In this document: positions 52,300 through 60,563 of the stretch, one piece after another | How positions within the stretch are numbered: position 1 is the first letter of the stretch | Layout: each line of letters starts with the position of its first letter | Origin: an uncultured Clostridia bacterium | GTDB taxonomy: Bacteria > Bacillota > Clostridia > TANB77 > CAG-508 | Reading direction: 5' to 3' | DNA: 64,000 nucleotides | Assembly (NCBI GenBank): GCA_934177485.1 | Contig: CAKPPF010000002.1 | Coordinates: forward strand, 75,188-139,187 | Position numbers and translations under genes: made by a program | The notes under the pieces: model-generated | Told to the model about the DNA's origin: nothing | Databases searched by the model: none | What the model saw: the letters and a program-made list of their open reading frames with translations, nothing else

Positions 52300-53168
52300 T
52301 TATCTATAAAAATCATCTTTTTCTTTTTCACCATTTATTTTGTTATATTCTTTTTTATCTATAATATCATTCATATATAAATCATTAGTTACATCTTGGT
52401 ATTTTTCTTTATCTCCAAATAATCCTTTTACTTTATCACTTATATGGTTTATAATCTTTTCAAATTTTTCTTTCCAATATTCTAACTTTTCTTTTAATTG
52501 CTCTATTTTTTTTTAGTGATGATATTTCTTCTTCTTTTTCATCTAGTTCTGATTTTAAATTTCTTATTTCATTATTTTGATTTTTTATTTCTTTATTAAG
52601 TTCATCTATGTACTTGTGGTTTTCTTCAAAGTCTTCTTTTATTTTATCTACTGATAATGAGTAATTTGTAATCTCTTTAAAGTCATTATTTGATTTATTT
52701 ACTTCTTCTATATAGTCTAATATTAAATCTTTATTTTTATTATATAAAAGTAAGTTCTTATTTGATAGAGGTTGATTTTTTAGATTATTAATAATATCTC
52801 TTATTTCTTCTGATTTGGTATTTAATTTATTTGTTTGATTATTTAGTTTGTTTATTTTTTGTCTTTGTTTATTATAGTTTTTCTTTAATTCATTATAGTC
52901 TTCCATTTGACTTACTCTATAATCAATATTTCTTCCTTTTTGTTTTTCTTTTAATACTGCATTTAAGCCATATACTTTATTAAATGAGTTAATACATCTT
53001 TCTCTCATTTTATCTTGTATTTTAGGTAGATTATCTTTTGTAAATACACTACATTTTCCTACTTGTTTTTTCATACCTGTTTTACAATTTTCTTTTACTG
53101 CAACACCTACTATATGTAGATGTGGTGAAGCCTCATCAAAATGTATGGTTGCGTTAGCTACTTTAAAT
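52300..53168 (-). pseudogene. Mob/Pre (MOBV) plasmid-recombination relaxase, 5'-truncated and frameshifted
   Basis: It retains the HxDExxPHxH motif (IHFDEASPHLHIVGV) but lacks the ~120 N-terminal residues, being cut at module C. The frame breaks at the T9 run at 52506-52514. The alternative frame continues as LKKIEQLKEKLEYWKEKFEKIINHISDKVK... to the stop at 52300. Confidence 0.7.
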
Positions 53169-53339
53169 TCTGGTACCGATGGTGGGACCACTCGCACTCG
53201 CGTCACAAAAATAGTCCACCGGACTATTTTTACCTGCGTTTAGTCTGGCCTTGGACCAGCCTAAACTTGGCACGTTCCTTTTCGAGTCCCACCTTTTTAC
53301 TTTATACAAAAAATGTAACCTACAAGGTTACATTTTCTC
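53169..53339 (-). repeat. tRNA-Leu-associated module, copy C (abuts the intact tRNA)
   Basis: TCTGGTACCGATGGTGGGAC at 53169-53188 is an exact 20-nt direct repeat of 53338-53357 (tRNA 3' end plus flank). The structured core is at 53181-53293, and the tRNA terminator hairpin is at about 53306-53334. Confidence 0.85.
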
Positions 53340-53422
53340 TGGTACCGATGGTGGGACTCGAACCCACATGGTTTCCCGCTGGATTTTGAGTCCAGTGCGT
53401 CTACCAATTCCGCCACATCGGC
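53340..53422 (-). tRNA. tRNA-Leu (anticodon CAA) with encoded CCA
   Basis: The minus strand reads GCCGATGTGGCGGAATTGGTAGACGCACTGGACTCAAAATCCAGCGGGAAACCATGTGGGTTCGAGTCCCACCATCGGTACCA. The cloverleaf has a 7-bp acceptor stem, anticodon stem CTGGA/TCCAG with loop CUCAAAA, a long variable arm and a GTGGG-TTCGAGT-CCCAC T arm. Confidence 0.9.
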
Positions 53423-53498
53423 TTATATAATTATTGGACGCATTTTTTCTGCGTCCATGTTATATTAACATATTTTAATTAAAAAAACAAGTTTATTT

Positions 53499-53921
53499 TT
53501 ATTTTTCCTCAATTTTTAATATTCTTTTTTCAGTGTTTGCATCATCTTTGCATATTGTTATAGTTGTGTAATGTTCTGGAAGTGCTTCTTTTATTATATC
53601 TCCCCATTCTATTATACATATTCCTTTTGAAAAATATTCTTCTCCACCTATTGCATAGAACTCATCTATGTCTTCTAATCTATACACATCAAAATGAAAT
53701 ATTGTTGCATTTTCATTTTTATATTCGTTTACTATTGTAAATGTTGGACTCGATATTTCATTTTCTAAGCCAAAATATGATAGAAATCCTTCTGTAAATT
53801 TTGTTTTTCCGGCTCCTAATTCTCCATTTAATATTATTACAGAATTATTTGTTGTTTTTGATGCAATTTCTTTTGCTATATTTTTTGTTTCTTGTTCTGA
53901 GTATGTTATTATTTCTTTCAT
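53499..53921 (-). CDS. tsaE: tRNA threonylcarbamoyladenosine biosynthesis ATPase TsaE
   Basis: 140 aa. LNGELGAGKTKFTEG...SPTFTIVNEY...HFDVYRL. Confidence 0.85.
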   Translation of the reverse strand: MKEIITYSEQETKNIAKEIASKTTNNSVIILNGELGAGKTKFTEGFLSYFGLENEISSPTFTIVNEYKNENATIFHFDVYRLEDIDEFYAIGGEEYFSKGICIIEWGDIIKEALPEHYTTITICKDDANTEKRILKIEEK

Positions 53922-54760
53922 TTATTTTATTATTTCCTTTATTTTATCTAAATTTTCTATAACAGCATTATAACCGTATTTATAACAAGAGTCAAGTTTT
54001 TGAGTATCTAACAGACCTGTTTTATCTGTATATACATTCAAAACAAAATTTGCTTTATTTAAATTTTCTTCCGAGATTTTACTTCCCATTATATCTATTG
54101 TTTTCATTGTCATATCCATTATATTGCTATCTTTAGTTATTTCATCACTATTAAATTTAACCCCGATTACAATATCTGCTCCTTGTTTTTTTACTTCATT
54201 TACTGGAACATTGTCTAAAGCACCACCATCTATAAATGCATGTTCTTTATATTCACATGGGCTAAATACCGCAGAAAAACTACTACTAGCTCGTATTGCT
54301 TTTCCTATGTTTACATCTGTTATATATGTGCTACTATTTTCTGGTGCATTATTTGTAAATATATATTCTTTGCAATCTATCAAATCTACTGTTGGTATTA
54401 CTAATGGCATATTTACATCTTTTATATTGTATATTCCTTGTTTGTTTATAACCTTGTCAAATATCTTCTCAATACTATCTCCTGTTTTTAACCCTTTTAA
54501 TGTTAATTTTTTACTTATTAAATAATTTTTGATTATTGGTTTTGCATTTATTTTTGCTATTTCTTTTGCGTATTTTTTAAATAAATTATATATTTTTTCT
54601 GGTGAATACCCCACAGCATATAATGAAGCTATCATGCTTCCTGAACTTGTTCCGACCGTATTACACTTACTTTTATATTATTATCTTCTAACGCTTTTAA
54701 AACTCCTGCATGTGCAATTCCACGTATTCCACCGCCAGATAAGGCTAACCCAACTTTCAT
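53922..54760 (-). pseudogene. Patatin-like phospholipase, interrupted by a 1-nt frameshift
   Basis: ATG 54760 (AAGGAG RBS) opens MKVGLALSGGGIRGIAHAGVLKALEDNNIKVSVI, which then stops. The GxSxG nucleophile motif (VGTSSGSMIASLYA) continues in another frame into the 53922..54635 ORF. The total length of 839 nt is not a multiple of 3. The break lies near 54658-54663. Confidence 0.7.
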
Positions 54761-54882
54761 ATGTATATAAACTCCTTTTTAGAATTTATATATATTATTC
54801 ACAAAACTAGATTTGTTTAAACAGTTAATTATGTCTTCTTTATGTCCAATTTATAAACAAAGCTACTTCATGTTGCCCTTTG

Positions 54883-54945
54883 TTCTCGCCGATTTGAGTT
54901 TGCGAATGAAATGAGCAAATCTCAAAGGCAATAGCGATTATAGCA
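54883..54945. repeat. 63-nt dispersed hairpin element, copy 2
   Basis: Sequence TTCTCGCCGATTTGAGTTTGCGAATGAAATGAGCAAATCTCAAAGGCAATAGCGATTATAGCA. Its inner stem is TTTGC/GCAAA, versus TTTCC/GGAAA in copy 1. Confidence 0.8.
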
Positions 54946-55030
54946 TTTTATATAGTAGGAATTTCGGAGAAATTTCCTACTATATAAAATAGACGAGAGC
55001 CTTGCAACGGCTCCCGTCCAACAGAACAAA

Positions 55031-55435
55031 TTAAAAATATATTTCTTTAATCTGTTTCACTTCAAATGTAGGATTATCGCTTTTAAATATTTCAACAATT
55101 TCATACCATTTTATTTGTAAAAAAGTTAGTATTAATTCTTCAGCAGTATATCCCTCACTCAAAAGTTTTTTTAGTGTTTCGTTAATCTCTGCATTCGAAA
55201 TTCTTTCAAGATAATCATCTTTGCATTCAGTGGTAGCTTGTGTTTCCTGATATTTCTGTTTAATTATTGCAATAAGAACAGCCATGTTTTCAGCTTCCTC
55301 ATCATTAAATAAACCTTTAAATTTATCAGAATCAATTCTAATTTTATATTGACCATAAAAGTTCACTATCCAAAATCGATTAACTCTCCGAAGAACAATG
55401 CCGTCATCATATACGAAACATGTGAAATTAGGCAT
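55031..55435 (-). CDS. Hypothetical protein, compositionally atypical orphan
   Basis: 134 aa with no motif I recognise. It is followed by an unusually GC-rich terminator (GACGGGAGCC-GTTGCAA-GGCTCTCGTC on the minus strand, 54990-55016). Confidence 0.4.
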   Translation of the reverse strand: MPNFTCFVYDDGIVLRRVNRFWIVNFYGQYKIRIDSDKFKGLFNDEEAENMAVLIAIIKQKYQETQATTECKDDYLERISNAEINETLKKLLSEGYTAEELILTFLQIKWYEIVEIFKSDNPTFEVKQIKEIYF

Positions 55436-55569
55436 AAAAGAACATCGCTCCTTTATATATTTATTTGTATTTGCCTAATACATATTATATAACTATACAT
55501 ATCATTTGTCAAGATTATGTATACTTTAATTATATTTATAAAAGCAGTCCTACTTTGGACTGCTTAAAA

Positions 55570-55854
55570 TTAATTTTGTGAATATGGAAGAACAGCTATA
55601 TGTCTTGCTCTTTTTACAGCTAATGTAATGTCTCTTTGATGTTTAGCACAAGCTCCTGTTGCTCTTCTTGGTAATATTTTACCTTTTTCATTTACAAATT
55701 TTTTAAGTTGTTCTGCATTTTTGTAATCTAATACTAAATCTTTATTAGCACATAATGCACAAACTTTTTTTCTTGCTTTTCTAAATTTTGGATTAAAATC
55801 CTCATCATTATTATTTCTATTATTTCTTCTATTATTTTGCTTTTTATCAGCCAT
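55570..55854 (-). CDS. rpsR: 30S ribosomal protein S18
   Basis: The sequence [51 protein letters not shown] is preceded by an Asn/Arg-rich N-terminal extension. Confidence 0.9.
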   Translation of the reverse strand: MADKKQNNRRNNRNNNDEDFNPKFRKARKKVCALCANKDLVLDYKNAEQLKKFVNEKGKILPRRATGACAKHQRDITLAVKRARHIAVLPYSQN

Positions 55855-55871
55855 TTTTTATTTCCTCCCCA

Positions 55872-56297
55872 CTAAAATGGTAGGTCATCACTTGAAGTTA
55901 CTTCAAATTCTGGGCTAGAACTATTTGCAACATTACTTCCAAATGTGTTTTCAAAGCCTGCAACGTCTGCACCTTCTCTTTTGCTGTCTGCAAAATATGC
56001 TTCTTCTGCAACTACTTCTGTAACATATCTTTTTTGTCCTTGTTCATCCTCCCAGTTTCTTACTTGTAATCTTCCTATAATACCTACTTGTTGTCCTTTT
56101 TTAAAATACTTACTACAAAACTCCCCTAGTTTGCTCCAAGCAACTATGTTTATAAAGTCTGCTTGTCTTTCTTCTCCAGGTCTAGTAAATCTTCTATTTA
56201 CAGCAAGGCTAAAGCTTGCTACTAAAGTATTATTTGTTTGAGTATATCTAACTTCTGGATCTCTTGTTAATCTTCCCATTAATATTACTTTGTTCAT
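55872..56297 (-). CDS. ssb: Single-stranded DNA-binding protein
   Basis: MNKVILMGRLTRDPEVRYT... OB fold, with the acidic C-terminal tip DDLPF. Confidence 0.9.
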   Translation of the reverse strand: MNKVILMGRLTRDPEVRYTQTNNTLVASFSLAVNRRFTRPGEERQADFINIVAWSKLGEFCSKYFKKGQQVGIIGRLQVRNWEDEQGQKRYVTEVVAEEAYFADSKREGADVAGFENTFGSNVANSSSPEFEVTSSDDLPF

Positions 56298-56324
56298 ATT
56301 TTTCTCCTTAACCTAAAATAGGTA

Positions 56325-56609
56325 TTAATCTTCTTTTCTAACTGTAATAAATTTCATAATGCTATCTTCTATTCTGTAGTTTCTTTCAAGTTCAGCTATT
56401 AATTCTGGTTTAGCTTCGAAGTTGAATACTGTGTATATTCCTTCTTTGTTTTTCATTATTTCGTAAGCTAATTTCTTTTTGCCAAGTTCATCAACTGACT
56501 CTACTTTTCCTTCATTATTAATTATTTCTGTAAACTTTGCTATTAATGCTTTTACAGCTTCCTCGTCTACAGATGGATTAATAATGATAACACTTTCGTA
56601 TTTGTTCAT
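56325..56609 (-). CDS. rpsF: 30S ribosomal protein S6
   Basis: MNKYESVIIINPSVDEEA...KLAYEI; first gene of the rpsF-ssb-rpsR block. Confidence 0.9.
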   Translation of the reverse strand: MNKYESVIIINPSVDEEAVKALIAKFTEIINNEGKVESVDELGKKKLAYEIMKNKEGIYTVFNFEAKPELIAELERNYRIEDSIMKFITVRKED

Positions 56610-56757
56610 TATATTTCACCTACCTTTCGGATATATAACCCATACCTTTTTTGCATGAGTAAGGCATTGAAAAAAAATAGTCAATGCTTTTTAACATTGA
56701 CTATTTTAACATATTTTTTAAAGAAATGCAAGAGTTTTTTATTGTGCTATTTTATAA

Positions 56758-58560
56758 TTAGTTAACTATTTTCCAGTATTTAAATCCATCCTCAGTTTTT
56801 TGATATTCAAGTTCCACACTAGGATTTGAAATTGTAATAACTGGTCTTAAATATAGTACATACACTCCTCCAGTTATATATAAATTTGGTCTGTCAGATA
56901 AGCTACTTTTTTCATTTGTTCTTAAATATAATGCAAGTATGTTTCTCGATGAAGTTGGGTAGCCAAATAAGTACTCATTTCCTTCCCTGTACTCGTATTT
57001 TTCCATTTTACTTATATTCTTAATTTTAAATAAATCAAATAATCCTAAATCATCAGTCATATATGAATTTGAAGTATCTATTTTTGTTGTACTTGTTATA
57101 ATTTTAGAATTAATCTTTGCAATATTATAGGCATCCCTAGGTGTAATAGTCCTTAATTTAGCATCTGTTCTAGCAATAAATAAATCTTTTCCTTTAATTA
57201 AAGAATTGGATTCACCATATTCGTTAGATTTATTTTTTATCCAATAATACTGTCCTTTATTTTCTCCTGCTTTATTTAATGTATCACTACTATATAAAAA
57301 TTCAATGTTTTCTAAATTATAATATAATCCTGCAGAAGCTTCTACTGAATAGTATTCACTATCTTCCCATTTATTAGATAAGCTGTCTTTATTGACATTT
57401 ATGTAACTTAGAAATTCATTTAACTTCGTCTCATCTTTTTCCCACCAACTTTTACTACTTTCATCACTAGGCATCACACTATAATTTAGATTGCATGGCA
57501 TTCCCGTGCTTATTAATTGTAAATTTGAATATGTTGAATTTTCATCTTCATTAAATTCAATATTTAATATTCTCCATCCATTTATAGAATTATACTCATT
57601 GTTAGTAATCCATTCCTTATATGCTACATCATATTCTATAAAATCGCCAATTTTAACATCGTTTTTTATATTAAGTTCAAATGTTTTTTTGGCTGATTTA
57701 TTCTGTTGATTATCTAGCGAATATGCCTCTATTGTGTATTTTCCACTTTTGTAAAGTTCTATATTTTTAGTATACTCTTGTTCATTAACAATTGCTTCAT
57801 TATTTTTAGTTATACTATACATTATTTTTGAATAGCCTGACCACTTATCTTTTCCACTTGTTATTTCTATATTAACATCTGGTTCATAGTATTCTGTATT
57901 ATCAATTTTATTACCGTCTACTATTTTTATTTCCGGTGCCGTTGGCGGTACATCATCTGATATTTGTTCATCTCTTTTTATGTAATGATATGTAACGTTA
58001 TCCATTTTAATACCTTTAACATAGTATATTGTATGTGATTCTTCATTTATTATATATATGTCTGTATCTACGTTTTGAACTACATTATTACTTTTATATT
58101 TTTCAAAATCTTTTCCATAATTTAACGTTATATTTCCCAATGCTTCTAAATCTATTATATAATATATATCATTATCATTTGCATTTGTAGCTGGTTCTTG
58201 ATTAGTATTGGTTAATCCTTTTATATATTCTTTATAATTAAATACTTCAATATTTGAATCTGAAGTTCTTAGTACTGGTAAACCTTCATACTTTAAATAG
58301 TAGTCTGATACTTTATCTTCCAAAAGTTCTAAATCATTTTTCATTTTTCTATAGTTGTTAATTTCAAATCTATCTAAAGATGTGCTAATTCCCGCAGTTG
58401 TTATTATTAAAAGAACTATTACTGTTACCATTAATGCTACAAGTGTTATCCCTTTGTTTTGGCAAGGTCCAAGACTTGCCCATACTTTCTTTGAATTTTT
58501 GTTCAATTTATGCAAGCATAATCTTTGCCATACCACATGTTCTTTATTACTTTTTGCCAT
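56758..58560 (-). CDS. Large secreted protein with a prepilin-like KG-ITLVAL N-terminal segment after a 36-aa leader
   Basis: 600 aa with an AAGGAAGAAGGA RBS at ATG 58560. The segment QNKG-ITLVALMVTVIVLLIITTAGI parallels the N-terminus of the 24473..26644 protein. The rest is Asn/Tyr/Ile-rich with no recognised domain. Confidence 0.5.
   Translation of the reverse strand: MAKSNKEHVVWQRLCLHKLNKNSKKVWASLGPCQNKGITLVALMVTVIVLLIITTAGISTSLDRFEINNYRKMKNDLELLEDKVSDYYLKYEGLPVLRTSDSNIEVFNYKEYIKGLTNTNQEPATNANDNDIYYIIDLEALGNITLNYGKDFEKYKSNNVVQNVDTDIYIINEESHTIYYVKGIKMDNVTYHYIKRDEQISDDVPPTAPEIKIVDGNKIDNTEYYEPDVNIEITSGKDKWSGYSKIMYSITKNNEAIVNEQEYTKNIELYKSGKYTIEAYSLDNQQNKSAKKTFELNIKNDVKIGDFIEYDVAYKEWITNNEYNSINGWRILNIEFNEDENSTYSNLQLISTGMPCNLNYSVMPSDESSKSWWEKDETKLNEFLSYINVNKDSLSNKWEDSEYYSVEASAGLYYNLENIEFLYSSDTLNKAGENKGQYYWIKNKSNEYGESNSLIKGKDLFIARTDAKLRTITPRDAYNIAKINSKIITSTTKIDTSNSYMTDDLGLFDLFKIKNISKMEKYEYREGNEYLFGYPTSSRNILALYLRTNEKSSLSDRPNLYITGGVYVLYLRPVITISNPSVELEYQKTEDGFKYWKIVN
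58461..58482. repeat. GC-rich palindromic element, copy g, inside the 5' coding region of the 56758..58560 ORF
   Basis: GGCAAGGTCCAAGACTTGCCCA has 6-bp arms GGCAAG/CTTGCC, the shared CAAGAC centre and the same T-rich 5' flank as the other copies. It encodes residues WASLGPCQ of the leader. Confidence 0.5.
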
Positions 58561-58597
58561 ATGAATTCCTTCTTCCTTAGTGTTTTATAATTATATT

Positions 58598-59245
58598 TTA
58601 TAAATAATTATAATTTTTGTCAATTGTTTTATATATTTTATTATATGTAAAATATCTCTTATTTTCTTTTATCGTTAAAGACCATAAAGCAATAATAATA
58701 AGGAATATTGCAATATTTTTATATACAATTATTAGTATGCTTGAAAGCATTGTTAAAGAAATTACAACAACATTTGATATTGTATTTATATATGTATTTG
58801 CTCTTTTATTGCCATATAAAATTTTAAATATGTTTTTTAAAATTCTTCCTCCATCTAATGGATAAATTGGCAAAAAATTAAATATTGCTAATAATAAATT
58901 AGAATATATTATATTAACATCTATTTTATTTACTATCCCGAATATTGCAATTATTATATTTACTAGTGGTCCTGCTAATGCTATTATTATTTTTTTAACA
59001 CTTAAAATATTTGATTTTAATATTTTTTTATTATAATCTTCTATTTTTATATTAAATTCTATTGCAAATCCTAATGGTTTTATTTTTAATGTACTGGCTT
59101 TAAAACCTAGTAATAGTCCGCAAATTAAATGAGCTAATTCATGTATTAATGCAAATATCATTATTAATGCATATATTTCAATTTGATTTGTTATTATAAA
59201 AAGAATTATAAATAGAAAAACATATAAATTTAATTTTATACTCAT
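58598..59245 (-). CDS. M50-family site-2 metalloprotease (SpoIVFB-like)
   Basis: 215 aa polytopic protein with HELAHLICG (HExxH) and the second motif NFLPIYPLDGGRI. Confidence 0.65.
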   Translation of the reverse strand: MSIKLNLYVFLFIILFIITNQIEIYALIMIFALIHELAHLICGLLLGFKASTLKIKPLGFAIEFNIKIEDYNKKILKSNILSVKKIIIALAGPLVNIIIAIFGIVNKIDVNIIYSNLLLAIFNFLPIYPLDGGRILKNIFKILYGNKRANTYINTISNVVVISLTMLSSILIIVYKNIAIFLIIIALWSLTIKENKRYFTYNKIYKTIDKNYNYL

Positions 59246-59255
59246 ATGTACTCCT

Positions 59256-60215
59256 TTAAAAATCTAAAATATACCTAGGGTTTATAAATCTTCCTTCTAA
59301 TCTTACTTCGAAGTGTAAATGTGGTCCTGTTGAGTTTCCTGTTGAACCAACTAACGCAATTGTTTGTCCAATCTTTACTTTATCTCCAACTTTTACTTTT
59401 AAAGCACTACAATGCGCATATACTGTCATTACATCTCCATTAACTATTTTAATAAATTTTCCATATTCACTATTTTCCTCTGCAACTTTTACTTCACCTT
59501 CTATTGCTGATTTTATTTTTGTTCCTTTATTTGCAGCAATATCAATACCTTTATGATCTGCACTCATAACATGAGATGTTGCTTCTCTTTCTCCAAATTC
59601 TGATGTTACTCGTCCACTCAAAGGTTTTTCAAGCTCACATAATTCTTTTACTTTATCTGCATCTTGCTCCATTTGAGTTTTTTCTTTTACTTCCTCTTCT
59701 TCTTTTTTTCCTTGTTCAGAATCATCTATTTCTTCTGCCTTTACTTCTGAATTATTTTCCTTTGTTTCATTTGCATCTACAATTGTTTCATTAACTTGTA
59801 CTGTATTTTCCTCCATTCCAATTAAATTATTTTCTACTTCATTATTTTGTATATTATTTTCTCCTTCTTCTTTATTTTCTTTTGGTAAAAATATTTTGCT
59901 ATCTATGTAATTTTTAACATCATTATATATTTTGTTTACATTTATGTCATAATTCAAAATATCAGTTGTACTTTTAATTATTGGTTCTGAAAATACATAA
60001 TTAGTCGTTGTTATTAAATAAAATATTGCGTAAATTAATAAGCAAATAATCATTTGCAAGGTCATTCTTTTAAATAATTTAAAATCCTTTTTATCTTTTT
60101 CTTTGTTATTAATGTTTACTCTTGCAGTATTTCTTGTATATGAATTAGAATTTCTTCTTTCCAGTATTTCTAATGCTCTTCTCATTCTCTCTTCATCTGA
60201 AATTGTTCTTTCCAC
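59256..60215 (-). CDS. M23/LytM-domain membrane protein (SpoIVFA-like)
   Basis: 319 aa with one TM helix, an acidic linker and a C-terminal M23 domain (HKGIDIAANKGTKIKSAIEGEV...VGSTGNSTGPHLHFEV). It is adjacent to the M50 protease. Confidence 0.6.
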   Translation of the reverse strand: MERTISDEERMRRALEILERRNSNSYTRNTARVNINNKEKDKKDFKLFKRMTLQMIICLLIYAIFYLITTTNYVFSEPIIKSTTDILNYDINVNKIYNDVKNYIDSKIFLPKENKEEGENNIQNNEVENNLIGMEENTVQVNETIVDANETKENNSEVKAEEIDDSEQGKKEEEEVKEKTQMEQDADKVKELCELEKPLSGRVTSEFGEREATSHVMSADHKGIDIAANKGTKIKSAIEGEVKVAEENSEYGKFIKIVNGDVMTVYAHCSALKVKVGDKVKIGQTIALVGSTGNSTGPHLHFEVRLEGRFINPRYILDF

Positions 60216-60284
60216 GAAAAAAACACCTCTTTCTTTTGCTTAATCTTTTTTAATGTATATGCAAAAGAAAGAGGCTGTATTCTT

Positions 60285-60485
60285 TTATTTTAAAATTATA
60301 TTTAATAATAGACCTATACTACTTGTAGCAAAAATAGCAATTGATAATATTTTTAAGCGTTCATATTTTTCTTTTAATTTATAAAAAGAAATTTCATTAT
60401 ATTCATTTCTTTTTTCTAAATATTTTTCAATTATATTTTCTGCTTCTCTAACAATATAACTTTCAGACTTAGAATTGTTATCCAT
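60285..60485 (-). CDS. Small C-terminally anchored protein (66 aa)
   Basis: I chose the start at ATG 60485 because it has a GGAGGAAAA RBS. The longer track ORF would translate the GC palindrome. Sequence: MDNNSKSESYIVREAENIIEKYLEKRNEYNE...ILSIAIFATSSIGLLLNIILK. Confidence 0.35.
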   Translation of the reverse strand: MDNNSKSESYIVREAENIIEKYLEKRNEYNEISFYKLKEKYERLKILSIAIFATSSIGLLLNIILK

Positions 60486-60563
60486 TTTTCCTCCAACTAT
60501 TATAAATATGCCCATAACAGTTGTTTTATATTCAAAAAAGTTAAACTTCGTTTTACTTTTTGT

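Larger units (their letters stand above)
48891..53339 (-). mobile_element. Decayed integrated island at the 3' end of tRNA-Leu(CAA): three tandem cassettes separated by att-like modules, with no recombinase gene present
   Basis: It is bounded by the tRNA 3' end (53340) and a 33-nt module fragment (48891-48923). It contains direct repeats of the tRNA 3' terminus, a truncated relaxase, a truncated dinD-like gene and orphan immunity-like genes. Confidence 0.6.

Noticed and set aside
53238-53266. The 11-7-11 palindrome as a dif site, with the island as an Xer-exploiting IMEX
   Set aside because: The sequence bears no resemblance to Firmicute dif (ACTTCCTAGAATATATATTATGTAAACT-like). The locus is tied to a tRNA 3' end rather than a terminus region.
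48891-53339. Interpretation of the cassette array as a classical integron, with the modules as attC sites
   Set aside because: The hairpin arms contain GTTTAGGC/GCCTAAAC, reminiscent of the integron core GTTRRRY/RYYYAAC. However, no intI gene or attI is present at either end, the modules are longer than attC sites and include a tRNA 3' end and a terminator, and the cassettes contain truncated genes rather than promoterless intact ORFs. I keep only the looser analogy.
54529-54810. Plus-strand 93-aa ORF across the 5' end of the patatin gene
   Set aside because: It is antisense to the patatin N-terminal coding region, which has a clear RBS, ATG and GGGxRG motif.
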